27,309 nt of DNA from a virus (Duplodnaviria; Caudoviricetes): the IMG/VR virus record IMGVR_UViG_3300020045_004931, positions 1-27,309 of that record; one strand, given 5' to 3'. Positions 8,628-16,497 of the stretch are shown here, piece after piece (position 1 is the stretch's first letter; each line of letters begins with the position of its first letter). The position numbers and the translations under genes were made by a program. Under the pieces are notes generated by a model. The model did no database searches and was not told the origin of the DNA. It saw only the letters and a program-made list of their open reading frames with translations.

Positions 8628-9068
8628 TCAAGCTAAAGGATCGGTTTTTACGATTGCACCAGAGCCATCAATAGTAAGTGAAAAACTTGCGAATTCGTCT
8701 CCAGAAGGAGCTTCAAATCCTAAAGATGTGATGATTCCAGACCCGTAATAAGCTAGTGTTCCCGATCCTGAATTCATTTTCCAATTAGTTGTATTCCCTC
8801 CTTGGATAACGTCAAAAAGAAAATCGTGAGAAGCTTTTGTATCATCTCCAGTCAATGCTGTGGTATCCATTGCAATTGCATCTGCATCAATAGAATAACT
8901 GAACACCCCTGATTGTTTCTCGACAACTCCAGGGTTACATTTTGTTTGAGATTCGATGACCCCTCTTTCCATATTCATGGAGTTAGAAGTCAAACACGCT
9001 ACAGGACGGTAAATTGTCCCGTCGTGAATGTAAAGGATAAGGTTCTCCCCTTTTATTTTATCTGCCAT
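8628..9068 (-). CDS. major tail tube protein
   Basis: 146 aa, located after the tail terminator gene. The KG....LY and YYGSGIITSL…ASFSLTIDGSG motifs are typical of TP901-1/Phage_tail_2-type tubes. Confidence 0.85.
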   Translation of the reverse strand: MADKIKGENLILYIHDGTIYRPVACLTSNSMNMERGVIESQTKCNPGVVEKQSGVFSYSIDADAIAMDTTALTGDDTKASHDFLFDVIQGGNTTNWKMNSGSGTLAYYGSGIITSLGFEAPSGDEFASFSLTIDGSGAIVKTDPLA

Positions 9069-9075
9069 TTTATTT

Positions 9076-9504
9076 TTATTTTAAAGTTAAATTTAGTCTT
9101 AAAAAACTACGAAATATATTTTCTGTATCCGTAACTGTTTCTAATTGCGATTCGTATGTTATATTTTGCGTAATGTTTGTAAATCCTGCAATTGTTAATT
9201 TAGGATTCAAAGCATCACTAACAGCTTGTTCAATATCGTTTAATAATAATCTACTTCCTGAATTGCCCGCACTAGTTGTTTTTGTATAAATTTCAATTAA
9301 CAACGATACTTCCCATTCGTACTCACATTTAGTATTTTTAACAACATCTTTGCTTTGTGCTGTCATTAAAATATACTCATTCAAATTAGCATTACCAGTT
9401 ACACGGCTATCAAAGCATTTTATCGTTTTTCCTGAAACTACAAGATTATTTATAGCGTCAGAAACTGCTTTTCGAATATGTTTATCTGGATTTACATTTA
9501 CCAT
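9076..9504 (-). CDS. tail terminator/completion protein
   Basis: Synteny (between the HK97-gp10-like gene and the tube), size, and an alpha/beta pattern. Confidence 0.65.
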   Translation of the reverse strand: MVNVNPDKHIRKAVSDAINNLVVSGKTIKCFDSRVTGNANLNEYILMTAQSKDVVKNTKCEYEWEVSLLIEIYTKTTSAGNSGSRLLLNDIEQAVSDALNPKLTIAGFTNITQNITYESQLETVTDTENIFRSFLRLNLTLK

Positions 9505-9508
9505 AGAA

Positions 9509-9516
9509 CAAATATA
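9509..9516 (-). promoter_or_regulatory. -7 box TATATTTG, 4 nt before the ATG at 9504
   Basis: The whole 12-nt intergenic gap is TATATTTG-TTCT. Confidence 0.55.
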
Positions 9517-10035
9517 CTAAATTTTCTTTTTAACCGACTTTAAAAGTTTTTCTAAATTCATTTTCAAACTCTTTTCTCCTTTTTTAAATGCTGGATACAA
9601 AAAAGGTTGTGGGTTCACACCTGCGCCTAATATTTTAGCTAATATTGGATAAGCTGCCTTTTCGTCTATCCCTTTTGATTTACACCAAACTTTAATAGCT
9701 TCTAACGCGTCTTTCCAAGTGCCTTTACCTTTTTTACCTTGGAATGTTTTTGCCATTTCTGAAAATTCAGCGGGAACTTTTACCTTTGTTCCCGTTCCAA
9801 ATTCCATATAAGCACCGTAAATTTCATTTACTGTCACTTTCCAATTTAAAGCTTTTACTTTTGACCTAGATATTGATTGTGCTAATTTACCAAAGTTTTT
9901 AGGTGCTAATTTCTTTGCATCTGCTTCAATATCAATTGCTGTAGCTTCAATTTCAGCCTCTATAAGTTTTTCAATATCTTTACCAAAAGACTTTAATTCA
10001 GATATTGTTTTGCTTAATCCTCTAACCCTTGCCAT
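9517..10035 (-). CDS. HK97 gp10-like neck/tail component
   Basis: AKKLAP..FGKLAQSI, YGAYMEFGTG and PQPFLYPAF motifs. Confidence 0.85.
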   Translation of the reverse strand: MARVRGLSKTISELKSFGKDIEKLIEAEIEATAIDIEADAKKLAPKNFGKLAQSISRSKVKALNWKVTVNEIYGAYMEFGTGTKVKVPAEFSEMAKTFQGKKGKGTWKDALEAIKVWCKSKGIDEKAAYPILAKILGAGVNPQPFLYPAFKKGEKSLKMNLEKLLKSVKKKI

Positions 10036-10351
10036 TGGCTGTAATGTTTAATTCTCGAAATAATTCATCATTATAACGAATATCATTTACCACACGTTTA
10101 ACACCACGATATTCAATAGTCAGATTATCTTTGTTTTCTGGTGTGATTTTAGGCGTAGCACGAATATTAAAACTCCAATTATCTTTAATGTCTGATTTCC
10201 CAATACTGTTATCACGAAAAGCAGAATTTTGCTTTAATTCAGCCCAAAATGAACCGATTAAAACATCATTTACAGTATTTCCACCAAATCCATCGGGAAC
10301 AGGTTCGGTACTGTAAATTTTAATTCTCTTGTCGTATTTTCTTGCTAGCAT
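10022..10351 (-). CDS. head closure / head-tail adaptor (SPP1 gp16-like)
   Basis: RIKI…PDGFGG…FWAEL…FNIR pattern and synteny. Confidence 0.8.
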   Translation of the reverse strand: MLARKYDKRIKIYSTEPVPDGFGGNTVNDVLIGSFWAELKQNSAFRDNSIGKSDIKDNWSFNIRATPKITPENKDNLTIEYRGVKRVVNDIRYNDELFRELNITANGKG

Positions 10352-10800
10352 TATATAAATCTTTTTTCCACATCCAAAGCTTCGGTTACACTAATAGGTA
10401 TCATTTGACTATTTACTTGTTTTTCGCTTTCATAATACCAAACTTTAATCATTTGTAAAGCCGATTGAATAAAAATATCAGGCACTAAATCAATTGTCGC
10501 ATAACCAACATTCAGCTCAACTGTTTTGACATCTGGAAATATCGTGTACATTGTTCTTTCTAAACTCCAAGGTGCTGGATCGGTTATTACCGAATTTATC
10601 GGAAAATCATAAACTTTTACTTGACAACTACCTTTGTAAATAATATCACGGGCAAACATTAAATGATTGGTGCGTTTTTCAACATAACGCAAAGCAGCAT
10701 TAATCATAGAAGTAATTTCTGCATCATCTTCCGTTAAATCAGAATCGATTCGAAGATAATTCTTTGCTCTTTCAAGTGTAATTACGTCAATATAAGCCAT
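10351..10800 (-). CDS. head-tail connector (HK97 gp6 / SPP1 gp15-like); start corrected to 10800
   Basis: ITLERAKNYLRID…DDAEITSMINAA…VE and P..FIQSAL…WY motifs. The ORF track's first 29 codons overlap a promoter box and look non-coding. Confidence 0.85.
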   Translation of the reverse strand: MAYIDVITLERAKNYLRIDSDLTEDDAEITSMINAALRYVEKRTNHLMFARDIIYKGSCQVKVYDFPINSVITDPAPWSLERTMYTIFPDVKTVELNVGYATIDLVPDIFIQSALQMIKVWYYESEKQVNSQMIPISVTEALDVEKRFI

Positions 10801-10822
10801 TATTTTTTTGTTAAAAGTTTTA

Positions 10823-10830
10823 CAAACATA
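10823..10830 (-). promoter_or_regulatory. -7 box TATGTTTG upstream of the head-tail connector
   Basis: Matches TAnnTTTG, 22 nt upstream of the ATG at 10800. Confidence 0.5.
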
Positions 10831-10900
10831 ACAATTCCTACAATAGTATTTATAACTAATATATAAAAAATAGGGTTGGTTAAACAATCTGGATAATCCA

Positions 10901-11149
10901 TTACAAGTTTTTATTTAGTTCTTTTATTCGTGAATCGTGTTCTTCTGGTGTAAAAACGGTAGAAACACCGTCTTTTCTTTGTTTTGATAACTTATTGCTT
11001 ACAGGCTCTTTTAGTTCCTTGGTTTGTTTCTTTGATTCTCCAGCAACACCAACACGAACCAAATAACCGCCTCTCTCCTCTGTTACTTCAATACTATCTC
11101 CTGCTGTGTGGTCTAAATGGTCTTTTAAAAATGTGATTTTCATAATCAT
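10901..11149 (-). CDS. small head-module protein of the type often found after major capsid genes
   Basis: MKITFLKD…AGDSIEVTEERGGYLVRVGVA followed by a Lys/Glu-rich tail. The start may be 11143. Confidence 0.65.
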   Translation of the reverse strand: MIMKITFLKDHLDHTAGDSIEVTEERGGYLVRVGVAGESKKQTKELKEPVSNKLSKQRKDGVSTVFTPEEHDSRIKELNKNL

Positions 11150-11163
11150 AGGTTTTATAATTT

Positions 11164-11171
11164 CAAAGATA
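11164..11171 (-). promoter_or_regulatory. -7 box TATCTTTG restarting the neck/tail operon
   Basis: Matches TAnnTTTG, back-to-back with the plus-strand promoter at 11184-11214. Confidence 0.6.
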
Positions 11172-11183
11172 GTAAAAATATTG

Positions 11184-11214
11184 TTTGTGTATTAAAAAAG
11201 TTTTTATACATTTG
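11184..11214 (+). promoter_or_regulatory. Bacteroidota promoter (TTTG-N19-TACATTTG) for the plus-strand cassette
   Basis: TTTG at 11184-11187 and TACATTTG at 11207-11214 with a 19-nt spacer, consistent with the -33/-7 consensus. Confidence 0.7.
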
Positions 11215-11219
11215 CTTTA

Positions 11220-11311
11220 TAGTTACGGTCTGAAACTTGGTAACTGAAAAACATTAGCCTTTTTATTAAAGTAAAGCATCAGACCCTTTGCGATAATTTA
11301 AAGGCATTTTT
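11220..11311 (+). ncRNA. candidate structured 5' leader RNA A (two hairpins, kissing loops)
   Basis: The AGTTAC/GTAACT stem has loop GGTCTGAAACTTG. The GCCTTT..GTAAAG/CTTTGC..AAAGGC stem has loop CATCAGACC. GGTCTGA is the reverse complement of TCAGACC. Confidence 0.65.
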
Positions 11312-11325
11312 AATTTATATAATAT

Positions 11326-11556
11326 ATGGGAACATTTTTATTAGATTCAACAAGTGTAAATAAAAAAGAGAAAGGCTTTTACTTCAAAGATGTTATTTTA
11401 GATAACGGAGTAATTGGAGAAAAAAAAGTTTTTAACGGCATTGAATCTGTGAAAGTTGAATTAACTTTTACAAGTAGCGGTGATACCTCTGATTTTACAG
11501 AAGAGGATATTTTGTTTTTGCTTATGGATAAATTAAAAGAACTTAAAAAAGAATAG
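11326..11556 (+). CDS. hypothetical protein (accessory cassette gene 1)
   Basis: Follows the promoter and leader; no long minus-strand ORF competes here. Confidence 0.7.
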   Translation: MGTFLLDSTSVNKKEKGFYFKDVILDNGVIGEKKVFNGIESVKVELTFTSSGDTSDFTEEDILFLLMDKLKELKKE

Positions 11557-11558
11557 TT

Positions 11559-11678
11559 ATGAGAGAAATATTCGAAGCCATTAATGATTATCCTTGGACT
11601 ACTTTTTTTTGTTTCCTTATGTTTATAATTACATTATGCACAATTGACGAAATTATCAAAACATTTAAAAATAAATAA
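11559..11678 (+). CDS. small single-pass membrane protein, 39 aa (cassette gene 2; not in ORF track)
   Basis: MREIFEAINDYPWTTFFCFLMFIITLCTIDEIIKTFKNK*. It has a hydrophobic core and 2-nt spacing to both neighbours. Confidence 0.65.
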   Translation: MREIFEAINDYPWTTFFCFLMFIITLCTIDEIIKTFKNK

Positions 11679-11680
11679 TT

Positions 11681-11965
11681 ATGGAACCAGAAATTATTGG
11701 CTGTACATCAGCAGGATTTGAAGAAAAAGACGGTAAATTTACCGCATTTGAAACGTTACAGAAGCACGTTTACTTCGTTAACGACATTAGTATTGAACGA
11801 ACTAAAAGAAAGTTTATAGAGCGTTTTGTTCGGAAGTTACCCATTGAGCAATTGGAGGTTTTGTTTAATTTCAAAATGAAAGATGTAGAACTCGAAGGAC
11901 AATATACTGAAGGGAGTAAGTTTAGTTGTGAATTGGATAAAAATACAATCAATGAAAAACAATAG
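11681..11965 (+). CDS. hypothetical protein (cassette gene 3)
   Basis: AATTATG start context and tight operon packing. Confidence 0.7.
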   Translation: MEPEIIGCTSAGFEEKDGKFTAFETLQKHVYFVNDISIERTKRKFIERFVRKLPIEQLEVLFNFKMKDVELEGQYTEGSKFSCELDKNTINEKQ

Positions 11966-12227
11966 AAAAAACAGGAAAAAGGAGTTTATATATCATAAAA
12001 ATAGGCTTAGACTTGGTATAACTAAATTCTATTGTTACGAAAAAGTAAGCAATCAAATACAAGAGGATAAAAAATACACTGAAAGACTTATTAATATAGC
12101 AATTAAATCTCTTTGGAGTCAATGGAAGCTTAAATTAAGAAGATGTGAAATTCTTTTTAGAGTGCAAGATGGTAATGATTTTATAAAAAATATTCACACA
12201 AACAAAATAACACTTAGTAATAAATAA
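11952..12227 (+). CDS. basic hypothetical protein (cassette gene 4); start likely 11952
   Basis: In-frame ATG (MKNNRKNRKKEF…) overlapping the end of gene 3. The ORF ends at the bidirectional terminator. Confidence 0.6.
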   Translation: MKNNRKNRKKEFIYHKNRLRLGITKFYCYEKVSNQIQEDKKYTERLINIAIKSLWSQWKLKLRRCEILFRVQDGNDFIKNIHTNKITLSNK

Positions 12228-12257
12228 AAAAAGCCACTCAATTAAGAGTGGCTTTTT
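12226..12257. terminator. bidirectional intrinsic terminator between the capsid gene and the cassette
   Basis: A7-GCCACTC-AATTAA-GAGTGGC-T5 between convergent genes. Confidence 0.85.
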
Positions 12258-12279
12258 AACTATCAACTAAAAACCAAAT

Positions 12280-13512
12280 TTATGCTTGTGCAGTAGTTCC
12301 TTTAATAAAGTAATCACTTCCGTAAACTGGCAACGCAAAGTTACCCTCGATACGAACAGTTACTTTATTTTCACGAACGTTAGTTCCATCTTGCTCAAAG
12401 AACTCAATTCTCATTGATTCTTGTGTCAACAATTGCGCACCTTCCAAGTCAGCTACTACATAGTCTGGAGAAGTCAAAGCGGTTGTTGCATAAGCAGGAA
12501 TCCCCATAAAGAATAAACGACCGTTTACGATTGTAACTCCTTGTGGTAAGTCGTACTCTCCAGATCCTGCAGCTTTATTCAAGAAAAATGAATAGTAAGC
12601 AGACGGACGCAAAAGAATTGCATTTGCTTCTCTTTCGTAAGTATCTTCTAAAACAGCCACGTCAGTAATGATTTTTTCAATCAAAGGAAGTGTAATTGTT
12701 GCAGTAGAAGCGGTAAAATTTCCACTTGTCAAAATACCTTTCAACTGCGGAGAAGTTCCATTTCCGTATAGGATTTGTTGGTCTAACACGTTTCTGAATT
12801 TCTGTGGCAATCTTCTTTGTAAATAAGAAATGAATCCTGGAATGTTGGACATTGCTTTTCTTGTTACACGAATCCAACCAGCGATAGTTTCGATTTGAAC
12901 AGTTGCTTCAACTAAATCTAAATCAAATTGCGCTTTGGTCGCTCCCTCTGCTGTTGGTGCGATTTCTCCCTCTCCTACACCGTTTTCACGCATAAAAGTA
13001 AATGAGTTGCCTGCTCCAATTGAACCACCCGGCAATATTTCGTCCATGTGAACTTTACGAGAAGGACGCATAATTATTTCAGGGGCAAATAGCTGTCCGT
13101 AACGGCTTCCTCCAGTAACGTTAGCTGTTGTGAAATCTCCAACGGCTTTTACCTCTAATTCAACTCTTTGACTTTTCTTGTCACGAAAAGCTTCAATATC
13201 CGCTGTTTTTTCAATAATTGCTTTGGCTAATTCATCGTTGAAGTTACCCGCTTTAGTTTCGATTTGTCTAGCTTGTAGCTTTAAATCCAATTTATCAGCG
13301 TGATCTTGAACAGTTTTTATATCTGCAATGAATTTTAACTCCATTGCTTCTTTAACCTCTTTCAATTGGGTTTCGAACGCTGTTTTTTGAGTTTCAGAAG
13401 TTTTTTCGAATTTTACTTCAAACGCATCGAATGCGGTTTTTACTTCCATTGCTGATTTTGTTTCCAATCCAGCTTTAATGTTTTCTAATTCTTTTTTTAA
13501 TAATTCGTCCAT
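12280..13512 (-). CDS. HK97-fold major capsid protein with N-terminal coiled-coil (delta/scaffold) domain
   Basis: AEGATK, IAGWIRVT, QILYGNGT..QLKGIL and G.P motifs. The first ~120 aa are K/E-rich and helical. Confidence 0.93.
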   Translation of the reverse strand: MDELLKKELENIKAGLETKSAMEVKTAFDAFEVKFEKTSETQKTAFETQLKEVKEAMELKFIADIKTVQDHADKLDLKLQARQIETKAGNFNDELAKAIIEKTADIEAFRDKKSQRVELEVKAVGDFTTANVTGGSRYGQLFAPEIIMRPSRKVHMDEILPGGSIGAGNSFTFMRENGVGEGEIAPTAEGATKAQFDLDLVEATVQIETIAGWIRVTRKAMSNIPGFISYLQRRLPQKFRNVLDQQILYGNGTSPQLKGILTSGNFTASTATITLPLIEKIITDVAVLEDTYEREANAILLRPSAYYSFFLNKAAGSGEYDLPQGVTIVNGRLFFMGIPAYATTALTSPDYVVADLEGAQLLTQESMRIEFFEQDGTNVRENKVTVRIEGNFALPVYGSDYFIKGTTAQA

Positions 13513-13513
13513 T

Positions 13514-14173
13514 TTATTTAAGGATTAATGATTGTGAAAATGATTTTAATGTGTCTAAAATAATCGGCTGTTCATTCAAAGTGTCAGTTTCTGACGGCTC
13601 ATTAGAAAGTGATTTTAATATTGTTTCAATTCGCATCAAACGACTGTCTGAATAAGGCAAATTATATGCTTTTGTTAGTAATTCCATAAAACCATAGTGT
13701 GATTTTATTGATTTTATTCCTTGCACTGTGCTTAATTCGTTTGCGCCCCAACTAGATAAGAAAGAGTACTCCATCAACTTATATTCGTTGATGATTGACT
13801 TGTTTCTCGAATCACGACCAAGTACTTTATACCCTATAGATAACTCAGCATTAAGATTGTTTTCGTGCATCAATTTCACGTCTGTAAACATATCTTTTCC
13901 TAATGGTTTGTTCATATTAAACTGGGTAGTAGTCAACAAACCATAAGTGTCTTTGGTATCTATAAACAAAGGCACACCTATCATCATTGTTGGGTTATGG
14001 TCTTTTAATACACGAATACGTTTAAAGTTTTCGCTTACTGTTTTGTCAAAAGACCCGTAAGCCGAAACATCCCCGTCAGAATCTTTATAATTATACGCAT
14101 TGGCGTAAGCTGTAACAACTCCTTTTGCCTCGTCAAGTTCTTTTAAATCGTATGATAATTGCTTGAAATCCAT
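13514..14173 (-). CDS. HK97-family prohead protease
   Basis: AYA…DSDGD…GSF, His in DHNPTMMIG, Ser in ELSIGY, and L.EYS…AN motifs. Confidence 0.92.
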   Translation of the reverse strand: MDFKQLSYDLKELDEAKGVVTAYANAYNYKDSDGDVSAYGSFDKTVSENFKRIRVLKDHNPTMMIGVPLFIDTKDTYGLLTTTQFNMNKPLGKDMFTDVKLMHENNLNAELSIGYKVLGRDSRNKSIINEYKLMEYSFLSSWGANELSTVQGIKSIKSHYGFMELLTKAYNLPYSDSRLMRIETILKSLSNEPSETDTLNEQPIILDTLKSFSQSLILK

Positions 14174-14947
14174 TTAATTAGTTTTTAATATTAACATTCC
14201 ATCAGCATCACGCTTTGGAACAAATGCAATCGTACAACGGCAATTTATTACGTTTCCTGCGCTCGCTTTAGTATCGCCTGGATATTGAATATTTTCTCCT
14301 CCAACAAAGAAAGGTTTTTCCAATTCTTGTTTTTGATTATTCATATCAAAATGATCGTAAGGCGTTACTCTTGTTCGATTATCCTGTACGCTTATCCAAA
14401 CTTTATCCAAAACTAAATCGCTTTGTTCAGCTGTTTTAATAGCTGCGAAATTCGATGCGCTTGTGGTTTCAGTTCTTGCAATTCTTAAAGCTTGCCATTT
14501 GTAAAATGTTTGGCTTTTTTCTATTATTGACTGAATTGCATTTCTCAAATCAATTACAGTTCCGTTTTCGCCTATTGATATTTGAATAGTTTTAATTATA
14601 TCATTTATCAATGTATCGTGAACAGAAGTAATCTTTACACCTCCTTCATTAGACAAAAATAGTAAAATTTCCTTTAATAATGTTTCGTTGAACAAAACAT
14701 TTGCCTTTTTTGCCTTTTCTAACGAATTATTTACTTTATTACCGTAATTAATCCCAATAGTTGTATAAATTTCACGGAACATTTTAAATATTTGTTCTTC
14801 TGAAATATTTGACTTTATTAATATTTCGTAATTTGATAATGTGACATTGTTGTACGGGATATTTTTCAAAATCTTTGATATGTGATTCTGAACTATTCTA
14901 TAGGCTTTGCGCTCATAGATATTTCGTTGTTTTTCCCATGCTATCAT
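14174..14947 (-). CDS. minor head protein (SPP1 gp7 / Mu gpF-like)
   Basis: RIARTET, KVWIS..D.RTR…H and YPGD…AGNVINCRC motifs. Confidence 0.9.
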   Translation of the reverse strand: MIAWEKQRNIYERKAYRIVQNHISKILKNIPYNNVTLSNYEILIKSNISEEQIFKMFREIYTTIGINYGNKVNNSLEKAKKANVLFNETLLKEILLFLSNEGGVKITSVHDTLINDIIKTIQISIGENGTVIDLRNAIQSIIEKSQTFYKWQALRIARTETTSASNFAAIKTAEQSDLVLDKVWISVQDNRTRVTPYDHFDMNNQKQELEKPFFVGGENIQYPGDTKASAGNVINCRCTIAFVPKRDADGMLILKTN

Positions 14948-15117
14948 ATTTTTTTACCGTATATATTGAAACCGCATTTTACACATTGGTTTAAATGATA
15001 TTGATATGTTGCATAATTATCTTTATAACGTACCAACCAACCGTATTCGCATAATATTTTATGCAACCACCACTTAAACGGCTTTTTATGTTCTTTATCT
15101 ACTTTTGACCAACTCAT
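14944..15117 (-). CDS. small Cys/His-containing protein, 57 aa (not in ORF track)
   Basis: MSWSKVDKEHKKPFKWWLHKILCEYGWLVRYKDNYATYQYHLNQCVKCGFNIYGKKI*. It has ATGA overlaps with both the portal stop and the minor-head start. Confidence 0.7.
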   Translation of the reverse strand: MSWSKVDKEHKKPFKWWLHKILCEYGWLVRYKDNYATYQYHLNQCVKCGFNIYGKKI

Positions 15118-16493
15118 AAATTAGACTCATTCATTACTCCATCACTAACATCATCAATTCTTTTGCCGTTAATCCAAACAATATCCATACCATCATCTGT
15201 CAAGGTTTCATATTTGAAAACTGTTCTTTTTTCATTTGGTGTCAAAGGAATAAGATTTAATGCTTCGGCTTGTTTCTTCATATCCTCCTGCATTTCTGGC
15301 AACTCTGTAACATCCCATTCAATAACGCTATTCTCATAGCCTTTAAATTTAGGAATAAACGATTTATTCCAAGCCGACTGCAATAATACTAAATCTGGCT
15401 GAATATCATCAGTAATCAATTGCTTTCTTGCATCGTTGTTAGTACTGCCTGCCATTGCTCCAGAAGTATCAGCGTTTAATAATTCGTCAGGAAAATTCAA
15501 CACGTTGCAAATAGTTTTTTGATCCCAGTTAAGATAATCAAACGGTTTCAACTCATCTGTTGTGAGTGATATTCTTTGAAACCCAACTTCAGCACTACTT
15601 GCTCCAATTTTACCCAATCTTTGAGGGTCTTTATCCATTTCAACCAAACGCTCTTTTAAAGATGTTGCTTGCTCCTCTGTTAATGGCTCGCCCTTTCCAT
15701 ATAAAAAACCATAAGCTCCAGCTGACTGGAGCATTTTAATATTTGTATCAATTGCCGAGTTTTGACTGTTTACATTTCTTAATCCTGCTCTTAAAGGAGA
15801 TTGACCGTACAAATGAGAGCCGTTCATGTCATAGTTTGGATTTACATATTTCACATGTAAAATTTCTTCAACTCCAAATTTTATGTATTGATTGCCTTCG
15901 ACCAACATATAGTAATCAATTGGATTTTCATCGATCAATAAATTAGCATTTGGTTTTAAAACTATTTGCATTAAATGGCTAGGCAAAACATAAACCATTT
16001 TAGGAATTCCTTTGTTTGCGCCTTCCGTTGCCGATACGTGGTATTGATAGTAATTACCAGTAATTTTCATATAGGTCTTAAATAAGCCTATAACATCACT
16101 CCAAGTTTGATTAGGATTTGGTTGCTCTAATGGAAAAGCTTTTTCTTGGTCTTTGTAGGCTTTTGTTTGAAGTGAATTTCTTTTAATTTGTTGTTGCAAA
16201 GAAAATAAGCCTTTAGTGGCTAAATCTAATTGATTTAATTTTGAATAAGATTGCTTGTTTTCGATTTCTTTAATAGTGTAAGGTACAGAAACAGTCTTTA
16301 CTGTTTGCTTATTGATAATAGCAAAAACAGTGGGATTTTCGTTGTATCCTTTTTCTAAATAGGTTTTATTGCTTTGGTCATATTTGGCATAACCATTACC
16401 CATAAATTGAAAGAAAGCCTGATTAAAAGCATTTCTTTCTTGTTTATTACCCGTAAGCGCACTCCACGCCAATTGAAACTTATTTTTTGCCAT
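15114..16493 (-). CDS. portal protein (HK97 family)
   Basis: NPTVFAII, PNPNQT, GNYY, EILHVK..NP, YGQSPL and TPNEKR motifs, plus synteny after TerL. Confidence 0.92.
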   Translation of the reverse strand: MAKNKFQLAWSALTGNKQERNAFNQAFFQFMGNGYAKYDQSNKTYLEKGYNENPTVFAIINKQTVKTVSVPYTIKEIENKQSYSKLNQLDLATKGLFSLQQQIKRNSLQTKAYKDQEKAFPLEQPNPNQTWSDVIGLFKTYMKITGNYYQYHVSATEGANKGIPKMVYVLPSHLMQIVLKPNANLLIDENPIDYYMLVEGNQYIKFGVEEILHVKYVNPNYDMNGSHLYGQSPLRAGLRNVNSQNSAIDTNIKMLQSAGAYGFLYGKGEPLTEEQATSLKERLVEMDKDPQRLGKIGASSAEVGFQRISLTTDELKPFDYLNWDQKTICNVLNFPDELLNADTSGAMAGSTNNDARKQLITDDIQPDLVLLQSAWNKSFIPKFKGYENSVIEWDVTELPEMQEDMKKQAEALNLIPLTPNEKRTVFKYETLTDDGMDIVWINGKRIDDVSDGVMNESNL

Positions 16494-16497
16494 AGAA

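Noticed and set aside
8583-8630. Genome-wide stop-codon reassignment (TGA or TAG) as the explanation for the peptide behind the tube gene
   Set aside because: Conserved genes are full length in the standard code, and many end at TGA in ATGA overlaps or at TAG right before the next gene. Any readthrough must be local.
10801-10887. Cys-rich N-terminal extension of the head-tail connector given by the ORF track
   Set aside because: It starts at TTG, overlaps a TAnnTTTG box and AT-rich intergenic sequence, and family similarity begins at Met 10800. The same reasoning applies to the extensions of terS (18253-18330) and the helicase-MTase (25915-25956).
10890-10900. Short palindrome TGGATAATCCA after the 10901 gene as a terminator or operator
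   Set aside because: The stem is too short, has no adjacent U-tract, and I noticed no second copy.
11326-11556. Faint resemblance of FTEEDILFLLMDKL to a helix in Acb2/Tad1-like anti-defence sponge proteins
   Set aside because: Only one generic amphipathic helix matches, and the protein ends before the rest of that fold. This is not supportable without a profile search.
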